Of a stretch of DNA of 64,000 bases, positions 48,547-58,385 are shown piece after piece. The stretch's first letter is position 1; the number at the start of each line of letters is the position of its first letter. The stretch is taken from NCBI GenBank assembly GCA_016699465.1, contig CP064977.1:74096-138095 (forward strand), given 5' to 3'. The DNA comes from Candidatus Campbellbacteria bacterium. GTDB taxonomy: Bacteria; Patescibacteriota; Minisyncoccia; Phycocordibacterales; EsbW-18. Under the pieces are notes generated by a model. The model saw nothing but the letters and a program-made list of their open reading frames with translations, did not search any database and was not told the origin of the DNA. The translations under genes were made by a program, and so were the position numbers.

Positions 48547-49782
48547 TTAGAAGAGCAGGTAGGGTCGCCACGCGTCCGGGTTCTGCTTGACCATCATGCA
48601 GAACCCGTAGATGAGGGCTGAGAGAATCAGCCCCACCGTAGCGTACGTACGCGCGTGTTTCATGGGAATGTCGGTGAATTTCTCCAGTAGGTAGAGGGCG
48701 AAGAACGTCCCCCCTATCTTTTGGAGCTCGGGGATGCTCCATGTGGATCCGACGAACAGTGCGAGTACCCCACCGACGATGGTGATGAGCTGTTGTGCAA
48801 CATACCCTTCACCATTTCGGTAGTATCGAGAAGATGCGATGAGGAGACCCAGGAAGCCGATGAAGCTTCCCATAAAGAGGGCTCCGGACTCGAACACCGA
48901 AAGGTACGGGACACTGTTCCCAAACACTCGCAGGAAGACGAATCCCGTCAAGATGACGAGGCTTGCGCCAGTTGCCCGACCCAACGAGTCTTCGTCTTTG
49001 AATCCAAGGACGTACCCCATGGGAATGACTGCCCCAGAGAAACCCAAGGACGCCATGAGTGCAATGACCGCGAAGAACCCCACGAGCGAACTCGTGAAAA
49101 TCATCGCGACCAAGCCCCACATGAGAAACAGAAAGAAAGCGATACCCTCTTCAGAATTCCAGTTACGCCTTGTTGCGGTAAAAGCCACCGCACCACCAAG
49201 GAGGAGGCATCCTGTCAGCGCGACGTACGAAGCGGTGCCGCTTCCGAGTGTGGCCGCGAATGCGATGAGTCCGAGTGAACCCAGGTAGCAAGCTACCTCG
49301 TACACCAACATCGGAATATCGAGAAACCGCTTCACCAGCCATGTGATGAGATCGCGCAACAGATAGAGTAGCGAGAGGACGCCGATGATGATCGCCACGA
49401 GCCACGCGATGTTCACGAAGGTGACGAAACCTGCAAACTTCTGCAGCCTCGTCAGATGCACTGTTGGCGCCGGGGACGGCGTCGACAAGAGGACGTTCAG
49501 CTCCATGAGCTTCACGTCCCGTCCGGTAATCTGCTTCGCCTGGGCGAGATATCGGTCGATTCCCTGCCTCGCCTGTGATTCGGTGATGATGCCGGCGCTG
49601 GCGTTCTCATCGAGGACGCGTACCCCGTACGCGAGCTCTCTGAGCTCGGCCGGCGGCTCGTCGCCCCAGATTGGAGTGACGAATGCAACAAGGGCGAGAA
49701 TGATGGAAAGCAAAAGTCTGTCTCTCATGATGGTCTTCCTTTCTTCTGTTGTTTTTTTGAAGAACGACGAATCCAGCCACAA
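48547..49782 (-). CDS. hypothetical polytopic membrane protein, GC-rich
   Basis: 411 aa, more than 10 TM helices, GC about 57%. Confidence 0.55.
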   Translation of the reverse strand: MWLDSSFFKKTTEERKTIMRDRLLLSIILALVAFVTPIWGDEPPAELRELAYGVRVLDENASAGIITESQARQGIDRYLAQAKQITGRDVKLMELNVLLSTPSPAPTVHLTRLQKFAGFVTFVNIAWLVAIIIGVLSLLYLLRDLITWLVKRFLDIPMLVYEVACYLGSLGLIAFAATLGSGTASYVALTGCLLLGGAVAFTATRRNWNSEEGIAFFLFLMWGLVAMIFTSSLVGFFAVIALMASLGFSGAVIPMGYVLGFKDEDSLGRATGASLVILTGFVFLRVFGNSVPYLSVFESGALFMGSFIGFLGLLIASSRYYRNGEGYVAQQLITIVGGVLALFVGSTWSIPELQKIGGTFFALYLLEKFTDIPMKHARTYATVGLILSALIYGFCMMVKQNPDAWRPYLLF

Positions 49783-49944
49783 TAGCTGGATTTCTGTGAA
49801 TATTTTTACACCATTTTATACATTATGTCAACTATCTTCTTTTTAAAAGTGCTGGTATACCAAGGCATCTATTGTGTCTATCAAAACGCACATATAAAAA
49901 AGCTAAAAAGTGAATTTGATGTGCAAATCAGCTATAAAATAATC

Positions 49945-51771
49945 TCACGCATTTTTTGCATCGAGATATGAACGCGCCTGACTCTCCCACATCTGTGCAT
50001 AGTAGCCGTTTGCAGCTACAAGCTTTGCGTGCGGGCCAATCTCAACAAGCTCACCCTGACGGAAGACGGCGATGCGGTCTGCCCCACGTACGGTATTGAA
50101 TCGATGCGAAACGAGAAAGAGCGTACTACCTTCGACAGCTGTTTCAATCTGACTGAAGAATTTTTCTTCCGCGATGGCGTCCACTGACGCAGTTGGTTCG
50201 TCGAGAATGATGACGAGACCGTTGCGGTAGAGGGTACGTGCGATTGCGAGGCGTTGTTGTTGTCCGTGTGACAACTCAACACCGTGTTCATACTCGACTC
50301 CAATTTGGGCGTCATACTTTTCTGGGAATTCTTCGATGAATGAGTGTGCTCCAGCGAGTTCTGATACAATCCGAGCTCGTTCGGGTGAAATTTTTGCATC
50401 AGAACGCCCCATTGCAATCGCTTCAGTCACAGAAAAATTGTGAATGAAGTACTCTTGGAGAAGAATTGAAAGGTATGAACCCCACTCGTGAAGACCGATC
50501 TTTGTGAGTGGCACGTCATTGATGAGAATTACTCCTTCCGTCGGGTCGTAGATACGAGCCAACAACTTCAGGAGTGTTGTCTTCCCTGCACCATTTTCAC
50601 CAACGAGCGCCATACGTTCGCCTGGTTCAATGGTGAGGTTAACGTGTCTGAGCACCCACACGTCACTGTCCTGGTATCGGAACGATACGTCTCGAAATTC
50701 AATACGAGGAGGAGTCGTGAGTGAAAGGTGTGTTGGATGTGGAGCCTCAATAATCACGGGTTTTGTATCAAGTACGGTGAAGATGTCGTGTGCGTAGAGT
50801 GTTTGTTCGTACTGTTGTGCGATATTGCCAAAGAGGCTTGTAATCATACCGGCAAACTGTCCGAGAACACTCGTCATGAAGACAATGTCACCAATACCTG
50901 CGTTTCCTCCAGCAACCATTTTGACAACGAGAAAGAATGCGTAGCCGATACCACAGGCACCAACGAGTGCCGCAAGGACACTTGTCCACAGACGTGTTCG
51001 GTCAACTCCAATTTGTTCGCGTTTGAACGCCTCAATAATTGATTTTGCGCGCTCGATGAGATGCTCGGCACCTTGAAGGAGCTTTGTTTGAATGACAGGC
51101 TTTCTTCCTTGAAGATGATTGCGAATACTCCCGTATAACTTCTGTCGTGGACTATTCTCAGACCAAATGAACCACTGCTTGTTACCATAGCGCATCTGAA
51201 CATATAGTGTTGGCATGAGACCAACAAGCACGACGACGAAGATGATCGGGTAGCGAACAGCGAGTCCGGCTGAAACAAGAATACCGATGAGCAGTGATAC
51301 GTTGCCGAATTGTTGGTCAGCAACATTGACGATCGGATAGTTTCCTCGGTCGAATGCTCGCGTTATCAGATTTTGAAACTCAGCATTCTCGTAGTGGGCG
51401 ATGTCAATCTCGGCACGCTTACGCATGATTTTGAGATCGATACCTTGCTGTGCCTCCACGAACCATCTCTTGTCGAAGTAGGTCAGGAATGCACCTGCAA
51501 GACGTGACAACGCCCATGAGCTCGCGTACAACATGACCAAGAACACAGGAATGACAAGTCCACGGGAAATTGAACCCGCAACTGCATCAATGATAGAACC
51601 TGTGATTTTTGCCTGTGCCAGTGGCAATACGTTGGTGATGGTTGTCAGTACAAGAATGAGTACTGCGTACCCGGGCTTGAAGCCCCACGCAAACTTACAG
51701 GAACGGATGACCGTTCCCATGAGATTTCGTGCTGTCTGCATGATTTTGTTCTCCTCCTTGGTTTGTGTCAT
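49945..51771 (-). CDS. ABC exporter, fused permease/ATPase (MsbA-like)
   Basis: 6-TM domain plus Walker A GENGAGKTTLLKL, ABC signature LSHGQQQR, Walker B ILDEPT. Confidence 0.85.
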   Translation of the reverse strand: MTQTKEENKIMQTARNLMGTVIRSCKFAWGFKPGYAVLILVLTTITNVLPLAQAKITGSIIDAVAGSISRGLVIPVFLVMLYASSWALSRLAGAFLTYFDKRWFVEAQQGIDLKIMRKRAEIDIAHYENAEFQNLITRAFDRGNYPIVNVADQQFGNVSLLIGILVSAGLAVRYPIIFVVVLVGLMPTLYVQMRYGNKQWFIWSENSPRQKLYGSIRNHLQGRKPVIQTKLLQGAEHLIERAKSIIEAFKREQIGVDRTRLWTSVLAALVGACGIGYAFFLVVKMVAGGNAGIGDIVFMTSVLGQFAGMITSLFGNIAQQYEQTLYAHDIFTVLDTKPVIIEAPHPTHLSLTTPPRIEFRDVSFRYQDSDVWVLRHVNLTIEPGERMALVGENGAGKTTLLKLLARIYDPTEGVILINDVPLTKIGLHEWGSYLSILLQEYFIHNFSVTEAIAMGRSDAKISPERARIVSELAGAHSFIEEFPEKYDAQIGVEYEHGVELSHGQQQRLAIARTLYRNGLVIILDEPTASVDAIAEEKFFSQIETAVEGSTLFLVSHRFNTVRGADRIAVFRQGELVEIGPHAKLVAANGYYAQMWESQARSYLDAKNA

Positions 51772-51798
51772 ATATACATTCTCGGACAGAAGATACTA

Positions 51799-52167
51799 TC
51801 ATACTGACTGTTGGAGTTTGTGATAGTTTGTGTACGAAATTGCGAGGACACCTAGCGCAATGAGTGGAAAAAGTACTGGCGCACCAAATCCATCAACGGC
51901 AATAATACTGAGTCCTGCGAATATAAAATCAAAACCAAACCCTGCGTATGCCCACTCTTTTACACGAGCTGGTACTTTTGGAATCATGAGTGCGAGAGAA
52001 CCGAGAACTTTGAAGACGGTCAAAAGTGTTATGAAATAAATCGGATAGCCGAGGTGTGTGATGCCGTCAATCGACATTTGCGATTGAGATGTTAATGCTG
52101 GCATAACTCCTTCAAAAAGGAAGATTATTGTCGTTGAAATCCAAAATGCTACTTTTGCTTTTTTCAT
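51799..52167 (-). CDS. DoxX-family membrane protein
   Basis: Four TM helices, DoxX-like pattern. Confidence 0.65.
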   Translation of the reverse strand: MKKAKVAFWISTTIIFLFEGVMPALTSQSQMSIDGITHLGYPIYFITLLTVFKVLGSLALMIPKVPARVKEWAYAGFGFDFIFAGLSIIAVDGFGAPVLFPLIALGVLAISYTNYHKLQQSV

Positions 52168-52348
52168 TAGTTATATATGTTATTCGCTTACAATAATCTT
52201 AAAACCTCCGTACGCCATCTTTTTCATATCAAATGGCATGTCGTTCTTCTTTTCTGGGTGTTTCTTCTGGTATTCTTCCATGCCCTTCATCACCTCTTTA
52301 TTAATTCTGTTGCGGTCCGCCTTAGACTTGAAGACAATCCAAGAAAAA

Positions 52349-52584
52349 AACCACCTACACCTTCCCGGTCTCATCACGAACATCAATAAAAATAAGCTTT
52401 CCATGGTCGCGTCGTACGGAAACCCAACCTGCAATCGTAATACTACTGTCAATATGTTTTTCGAGGTCTTGTATGTAAATACGGTTTTTCATATGTGTTC
52501 AAGTATATAGGTTTTGTGCCCATTTCCAAAGAGGATAAAGTAACCTAAAAAATGTAAAACCGCCGGACCTTTCTCAAGGCCGGC
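52349..52584. repeat. 236-bp direct repeat, copy B
   Basis: See copy A. Confidence 0.9.
52352..52489 (-). pseudogene. aspS 5' fragment (46 codons then stop; duplicated with the repeat)
   Basis: Encodes [45 protein letters not shown] then TAG where real aspS continues. Confidence 0.8.
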
Positions 52585-52662
52585 GGTCGAAACCATAACG
52601 GTTTCGCAGTACTGTGGTTAGCTGTGGCGACTAAAAACTGCAATCTGCAAGTAAACCGAAAT

Positions 52663-53310
52663 CTACGACCTTGCGTCTCGAACGAGCTGCGACACGATGG
52701 CGTCTGGAACATCCCCGAACGAATCGTAGAACATTCCCGTCGCGGGTGCTGATGAGAGGGTCGATTGGCGCCAGAAGATGATCTCGTCGACCATGATATC
52801 CGAGGACTTGAGATCCCGCGGAATCACTGGAACAGCGAGAACAATCTCCTTCACACCGAAACGACGTCGCAGCATGAGTGAAGCGGCCAGAGCCGTCCTG
52901 CCGCTGACGATCCCATCGTCACAGAGCAGAACCTTCTCCCCGACCTCAAACGACTCGCCGTTGTAGAGATGCTGACGCTGATGTGCTTTCTCCAGGAGCT
53001 GGTTTGCCCCGGGTATCTTGAGTGTCGAGACGTTTTGAATGTACATCAGCCGCAAGGGCTGCAGGTTCTCCATCTCAACCAACACACCCTCACCGAACGG
53101 AGTCACGATCAATTGGAAGGATTTTCCGTCTCCCATATCGTCGACGACGAGTGCGTTGAGAGAGATACCTGCGTCGGTAGCGATGCGCGCCGCGATAGGT
53201 ACTCCTCCTCGTGCCAGACCAACGGCGACGAAACTCGAAACGTTCGGAAGGTCCTGCAGGACTTCAGCGCTCAGCTTTGCTGCGGCGTCCGTCCGATCTA
53301 CAAAAAACAT
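52663..53310 (-). CDS. type I phosphoribosyltransferase domain protein
   Basis: PRPP-binding motif VLLCDDGIVSGRT. Confidence 0.7.
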   Translation of the reverse strand: MFFVDRTDAAAKLSAEVLQDLPNVSSFVAVGLARGGVPIAARIATDAGISLNALVVDDMGDGKSFQLIVTPFGEGVLVEMENLQPLRLMYIQNVSTLKIPGANQLLEKAHQRQHLYNGESFEVGEKVLLCDDGIVSGRTALAASLMLRRRFGVKEIVLAVPVIPRDLKSSDIMVDEIIFWRQSTLSSAPATGMFYDSFGDVPDAIVSQLVRDARS

Positions 53311-53336
53311 CTCTCTCCCCCCTTTTTTCTAAAAGG

Positions 53337-53365
53337 AAAGGAGGGGCTCGTCACCGAGCCCCTCC
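53337..53365 (-). terminator. terminator for the GC-rich gene upstream of the PRTase gene
   Basis: ggaggggctcg-tcac-cgagcccctcc followed on the minus strand by a T-rich tract. Confidence 0.55.
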
Positions 53366-53392
53366 GGAGTTGTCCTCTGCCGACCGGTGTCG

Positions 53393-53737
53393 CTAGCAGG
53401 AGGAGATGTGGTCGCTGGCCGCGGTCTTCTTGATGCGATCGAGGTCCAGGCCGATGTAGGTGGCGAGCCGCTGGGCGCCGTCGGCGATCACGTGGTTGGC
53501 GATCGAGACGGCGAGCAGCTGCACGCCGGGACGGGCGTGGACGGGGATCGGTTGGCCTGCCAACTGCGCCCGAACGATCAGAGCCGAGTGACCGAGGGCC
53601 TGCTCGGCGGCCGCGTGCTTGTCGAGCCCGTTGGCCTGGAAGTCCCACTCCATCCCGCACTTGTGGATCGGATAGCGCGGATCGATGTTCTTGGTAGCCG
53701 GGACTTCCGGCTTGTGCCCCGCGTTGGACTTCGTCAT
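53393..53737 (-). CDS. GC-rich hypothetical protein (114 aa)
   Basis: GGAGAG SD; GC about 64%; alternative frames give Arg-rich junk and are rejected. Confidence 0.5.
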   Translation of the reverse strand: MTKSNAGHKPEVPATKNIDPRYPIHKCGMEWDFQANGLDKHAAAEQALGHSALIVRAQLAGQPIPVHARPGVQLLAVSIANHVIADGAQRLATYIGLDLDRIKKTAASDHISSC

Positions 53738-54079
53738 GGTGAGTCTCTCCCTGTGACAAGGACCGTCGAGATTGACGTCCGTTTGGAATGCTAGCATGTC
53801 TAATATATTCTGTCAAGTACTCCGGAACGATGTAACAAAGAGCAAAAATTTAGCATTGTTAGTCCCGATTTCAATAGACTAAATAGAAACGGCGCCGCGA
53901 TGACTTCGTCTTGGCTGAGTCGGTTGACTTGGTCAGGCCCAGCGGAGACGTTTTCTTCAGAGAAGGTGGAACCATAAAAAATAAAATTATTCCTGCAACG
54001 TACCTAAAAAGCCACAAAAGAAAACCCCAACCCAACGCATCTTTATAAAGATGTGTATACATAGAGTGTGTACCTTATA

Positions 54080-55012
54080 TTAATATGCTGCGTGCATTGA
54101 TGAATAAACTTCTGCTGTTTTTTCAGTATCTTGTTTACTTTCTAAAAATACATGTGCGTCTGGGCTGTATCTTGCTGCGAGGTCAAGTACGAGTTGATAT
54201 TTTGTATTCAACGTCTCTCCGTAGTGTGATGGTGCATACAAATGAATAACTCGAATCCGTGTTCCAAATATTTTAAACCAGGAAGTAAGTTCAGCTTCCC
54301 AGTCTGCAGGATCAACATCGTGAAGAGCGTGGTTTATATCTAGTGTAATTCCGATATGATCTTCAACAGTTTCGGTGGTAACACCATTTGCCATACAGTA
54401 TTCGGAAATATACTGTACGAGCGTGTGTATATCTTCAGGAGTTTGTCCCCACGCTCCCTCGGCACCTTTTTTCGGCATATTTTCAATCGCAATTGAACAT
54501 GAAGGAGTATTTTCAGTGACGTGATTTGTAAAACTTTGTGCACACAAAGAAGCATAGTGCGTTAGTAGTGCGTGTTGTGCTTCGGCGGATAATTCTTTCC
54601 ATAGTTGGTCGCGGAGTGCCAGTGGGTGCATCGTATACGACTCGATTCCAAGTTCTGAGGCATACTCAAGAGTAGTGCTCATATGTTTTTTGTTTTGTAT
54701 CTCAAGGGTTTCAGGATCTATCTTGGGCGTTTCTCCGTGAATTGAAATATCAACATCTGGATGTGCCTCACGGAACGCACGAAGTGTATCACACGCTTCT
54801 ATAATTTCTTCTTCGCTTCTTTTTCTAAAATCAAATTGCACAGAAGGAAGCCCGAGGGTTTCAGCAAGATGAATGTGGTCTAAAAGACGCGTGTGGGTTC
54901 CGTCTTTTTGTTCTGTACAAAAAACAATACCAAGATTCTCGTGAAGTTCTTGGCGTTTTTCTGCAAACTGTTCTGTTTCGGTGGAATGTGTGGGTACAGA
55001 TTCAAAAGACAT
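54080..55012 (-). CDS. xylose-isomerase-like TIM-barrel protein (sugar-phosphate isomerase/AP-endonuclease-2 fold)
   Basis: His/Glu/Asp metal-ligand pattern (IHGE, LDINHALHDVD); assignment moderate. Confidence 0.55.
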   Translation of the reverse strand: MSFESVPTHSTETEQFAEKRQELHENLGIVFCTEQKDGTHTRLLDHIHLAETLGLPSVQFDFRKRSEEEIIEACDTLRAFREAHPDVDISIHGETPKIDPETLEIQNKKHMSTTLEYASELGIESYTMHPLALRDQLWKELSAEAQHALLTHYASLCAQSFTNHVTENTPSCSIAIENMPKKGAEGAWGQTPEDIHTLVQYISEYCMANGVTTETVEDHIGITLDINHALHDVDPADWEAELTSWFKIFGTRIRVIHLYAPSHYGETLNTKYQLVLDLAARYSPDAHVFLESKQDTEKTAEVYSSMHAAY

Positions 55013-55016
55013 ACAA

Positions 55017-55982
55017 TTACAAAATCCCTACCTTTTCGCGGATTTCTTTCATTTTTTCTTGTGCGTGGGGACGGATTTTATCTCGTCCCTCAGAAATAAC
55101 GCGGTTTACCAACTTAGTATCGCTTGCAATTGTTGCTCGTTTCTCTCGAAGAGGGGCAATAAATGCGTCAAGGTCTTCGATTAATGTTTCCTTAAGTGTC
55201 TTAAAGCTAGATATATTCGCTTCGTAGAAAGGTTTGAGTTCGGCTTCTGGTTTAAAAAGTGTATGAATTGCAAAAAGGTTCTGTGGAAATTCTCCTCCCG
55301 AATTTGTCACGATAGACATAACTGCCTTTATGATTTCTTCGCGTGTCGCAAAGAGTGGAATGGTATTGTTGTAGCTTTTGCTCATCTTTTGTCCGTCAGT
55401 ACCAAGTACAATTCCCTGCTCTTTCAAAATAAGAGGCTCAGGAACAGTAAACGTCTCACCAAAGGTAAGGTTAAACTTCTGTGCGATGTCACGGGCATAC
55501 TCCACGTGCTGTTTTTGGTCTGCGCCAACAGGTACAACATCTGCATTAGGAAGCAAAATATCTGCCGCCATAAGAACCGGGTAATCAAAAAGTCCCACTG
55601 TCGCTTCCTTTCCTTTTGCGACTGCATCTTTGTATGCGTGAGCGCGTTGCAAATATGGAACAGTGACCAGTGTATTAAAAATCCACGTCAGCTCAGTTAC
55701 TTCTGGAATATCTGATTGAATGAAGAGTGTTGTTTTCTCTGGATCAATGCCAATTGCCAAGTAATCAATAATCACATCACGCGTATCTTGTGCGAGCGTT
55801 TGTGCATCCTGTACGCCAATGAGTGCGTGATAGTTGGCAACAAAAATATAATTCTCATGTGTTTCTTGCAGTTCAACAAATTGCTTCATCGCGCCAAAAT
55901 AGTTTCCGATATGTGGTCGTCCTGTTGGTTTTACACCAGAGAGTGCAACTTTCTTTTCTTTTGTTGAACCGATACCAAACAT
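55017..55982 (-). CDS. trpS: tryptophan--tRNA ligase
   Basis: GVKPTGRPHIGN (HIGH) and KMSKS motifs. Confidence 0.9.
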   Translation of the reverse strand: MFGIGSTKEKKVALSGVKPTGRPHIGNYFGAMKQFVELQETHENYIFVANYHALIGVQDAQTLAQDTRDVIIDYLAIGIDPEKTTLFIQSDIPEVTELTWIFNTLVTVPYLQRAHAYKDAVAKGKEATVGLFDYPVLMAADILLPNADVVPVGADQKQHVEYARDIAQKFNLTFGETFTVPEPLILKEQGIVLGTDGQKMSKSYNNTIPLFATREEIIKAVMSIVTNSGGEFPQNLFAIHTLFKPEAELKPFYEANISSFKTLKETLIEDLDAFIAPLREKRATIASDTKLVNRVISEGRDKIRPHAQEKMKEIREKVGIL

Positions 55983-56018
55983 AGAATAGCTTGTTAGTTG
56001 ATTAGCTGGTTAGCTTTA

Positions 56019-57299
56019 TTAGCTTATAGAAATGTGAGAAAGTAAGTCACCCGCGGATACGCGCTCTTGTTTCATAGTATCGCGATCACGAATGGTAAGT
56101 GTTCCATCTTCAAGTGTTTGGTGATCAACAGTAACACACACAGGTGTTCCAATCTCATCTTGTCGGCGGTAGCGCTTTCCTATTGAACCGGATTCGTCGT
56201 ACAACACGCGTGCACTCTTGGAGAGTTCTTTGTATATTTCTTGTGCTTTTTCAGACAACCCATCTTTCTTCATTAAAGGCAATACAGCCACTTGGTAGGG
56301 CGCAATTGCTGCTGGTAGACCCAACACCACTCGAACATCATCTTCAACAGGTTCCTCTCGGTATGCATCACACAAGACGGCAAGAACAGTTCTATCAACG
56401 CCAAGAGAAGGTTCAATAACATGTGGAATAAAGCGTTTTTTTGCTTCCTCATCAAAATAACTCAAATCAACACTCGAGTGTTCAGCGTGAGCTCCGAGGT
56501 CGTAGTCGGTGCGGTATGCAAGTCCGTAAAGTTCTTTCTGACCAAATGGATAGTCAAATTCAAAGTCAATGGTGCGTTTTGAATAGAATGCAAGATCTTC
56601 AGGAGCGATTTCGTGTTCGTGGACATGTTCACTTTTGAGTCCGATTTCAGCGGTCCATGCAAGCATCTGCTTTCTCCAATCTTCAAATGCTGCTTCCCAA
56701 TACTCAGGTGCAACAAAGTACTCCACTTCCATTTGCTCAAATTCACGCACACGGAACAAAAAGTCGCGCGGAGCAATTTCATTGCGGAATGCTTTTCCAA
56801 TTTGTCCCAATCCAAACGGCAACTTAGGATGCAGGGAGTCCATCACGTTCTTGAAGTTTACAAACATTCCTCCAGCAGTTTCAGGACGAAGATATACATC
56901 AGATGAAGAGTCGTCATCAGCACCAATGGCTGTCTTAAACATCATGTTAAATTGCTTCACATCACCAAGTGCTCCCCCACAGTCGGGACATTTCTTTGCG
57001 TCATCAAGCTGATCAGCACGAAATCGGTGTTTACACTTTGTACACGCAACGAGTGGGTCTGAAAATCCAGACACGTGTCCAGACGCTACCCACACTTTTG
57101 GATTCATTAAAATAGCAGCATCCACACCGTACATATCATTTCGGTCATGAATAAATCGTTTCCACCAGAGTGCTTTGATGTTGTTTTTGAGCTCTACACC
57201 TAAAGGTCCGTAATCAAATGTTCCTGCAAGACCGCCGTAAATTTCGGAACCTTGGAAGATAAAGCCGCGCCGTTTGCACAGCGATACTATCTTTTCCAT
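56019..57299 (-). CDS. glyQS: glycine--tRNA ligase (alpha2 dimeric type)
   Basis: Class-II GlyRS N-terminus IVSLCKRRGFIFQGSEIYGG; start at MEKIV with GAAGG SD. Confidence 0.9.
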   Translation of the reverse strand: MEKIVSLCKRRGFIFQGSEIYGGLAGTFDYGPLGVELKNNIKALWWKRFIHDRNDMYGVDAAILMNPKVWVASGHVSGFSDPLVACTKCKHRFRADQLDDAKKCPDCGGALGDVKQFNMMFKTAIGADDDSSSDVYLRPETAGGMFVNFKNVMDSLHPKLPFGLGQIGKAFRNEIAPRDFLFRVREFEQMEVEYFVAPEYWEAAFEDWRKQMLAWTAEIGLKSEHVHEHEIAPEDLAFYSKRTIDFEFDYPFGQKELYGLAYRTDYDLGAHAEHSSVDLSYFDEEAKKRFIPHVIEPSLGVDRTVLAVLCDAYREEPVEDDVRVVLGLPAAIAPYQVAVLPLMKKDGLSEKAQEIYKELSKSARVLYDESGSIGKRYRRQDEIGTPVCVTVDHQTLEDGTLTIRDRDTMKQERVSAGDLLSHISIS

Positions 57300-57535
57300 C
57301 ACGTTAGAGCCTTCGTCTTTGGTCATCCCATTAGAGATAGGAAATGGAATACATTTCCGTATCGGTTAGATTTTTAAAACAAAACTAGATATATTCGTTG
57401 CCCTGTTTCCCATTCGAATCCAAAACTGTGGAATCTCTAACGGGACCAGTACAAAAATAATACCATACGGAACGTAAAAAGCCCGCCATGGAAATGGTGG
57501 GCTCGAGTTGCGAAAAGAACATCTGAGAAAGTTGG

Positions 57536-57838
57536 ACGAGACGAGGGCTTGGGGTCGGTACTAAGGACCGTTGGGACACAATCGCGGTGGTGGTGTGCCC
57601 GTAGTTACGGCCGATGCGGTCGATTTATCGAACTATACTTCCCGGTACGACCCCTTGAACCGTGCCAGAGGATTACGTAAGCCACACACAGGCACCTGTA
57701 CCTGCTGTGCTCTTGATCGACGCAATCATGATCTGTCGCTCTCTTATTTTGTCGTGGGAGCTCCCTCCTCACGATATAGCGACCTAGCGCCCTGCGCAGG
57801 GTTTTTCCACCTAATGGACCCCCTTCGCCCTCGTCTCG
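57536..57838. other. 303-bp GC-rich ORF-free element bounded by a perfect 14-bp inverted repeat (gacgagacgagggc / gccctcgtctcgtc); structured ncRNA or MITE-like remnant
   Basis: Long-range complementary ends; second nested helix ggggtcggtac/gtac-gacccc; many internal palindromes; terminator-like ccctgcgcaggg+TTTTT at 57795-57811; GC about 58%. Confidence 0.45.
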
Positions 57839-57904
57839 TCCGCATGTACCTTACCAAAACGTACTTTTTTGGTCAATTGACTTTTCTACTATATGTAGCA
57901 TACA

Positions 57905-57957
57905 AAAAGCCCCGCCAACGCACGGTGGTGCGTTAGACGGGGCGAAGGTGGCGTTTT
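57905..57957 (-). terminator. terminator for the 57958 gene
   Basis: Nested palindrome gccccg...aacgcac-ggtg-gtgcgtt...cggggc followed by a T-run on the minus strand. Confidence 0.55.
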
Positions 57958-58242
57958 CTAGGCGGTGTTGATGTCCTGAATGAATTCGCTGAATGTCACC
58001 CATTCTTGAACTGCACATCGGAGCTTTTCACCAGTGAGGCGTACGTCCCCGAGTTCCATGCAGTTTCTCCAAAAACAACAGTGGACGATACTATTTTTGT
58101 CGTCAAAACGAATCCGTAGTGCCCACCACGAACCAAGAGTCATAAGGTTTCCATTACGGAAAATACCAAATTGACGACCTCTCTTGAAATTAAAAAGATG
58201 AATCTCTCGGGCAACGCCAGTGCCATTCGGTTGCTTCTTCAT
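57958..58242 (-). CDS. hypothetical protein
   Basis: 94-aa ORF; no family recognised. Confidence 0.4.
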   Translation of the reverse strand: MKKQPNGTGVAREIHLFNFKRGRQFGIFRNGNLMTLGSWWALRIRFDDKNSIVHCCFWRNCMELGDVRLTGEKLRCAVQEWVTFSEFIQDINTA

Positions 58243-58349
58243 GCATCCCCCCTCTCAAAAAAGAACATTAGGACTCTACGCAAACTATACACTTACTATC
58301 AACATAAATCTATTGAATACGTTGAGTCTAAAAGCCTGGTACGCGTTTA

Positions 58350-58378
58350 TTGACAATGTTTTAAGTAACGGGTAGTAT
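58350..58378 (+). promoter_or_regulatory. sigma70-like promoter TTGACA-17-TAGTAT driving the ncRNA
   Basis: Consensus -35, 17-nt spacer, good -10. Confidence 0.55.
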
Positions 58379-58385
58379 CTTCTCC

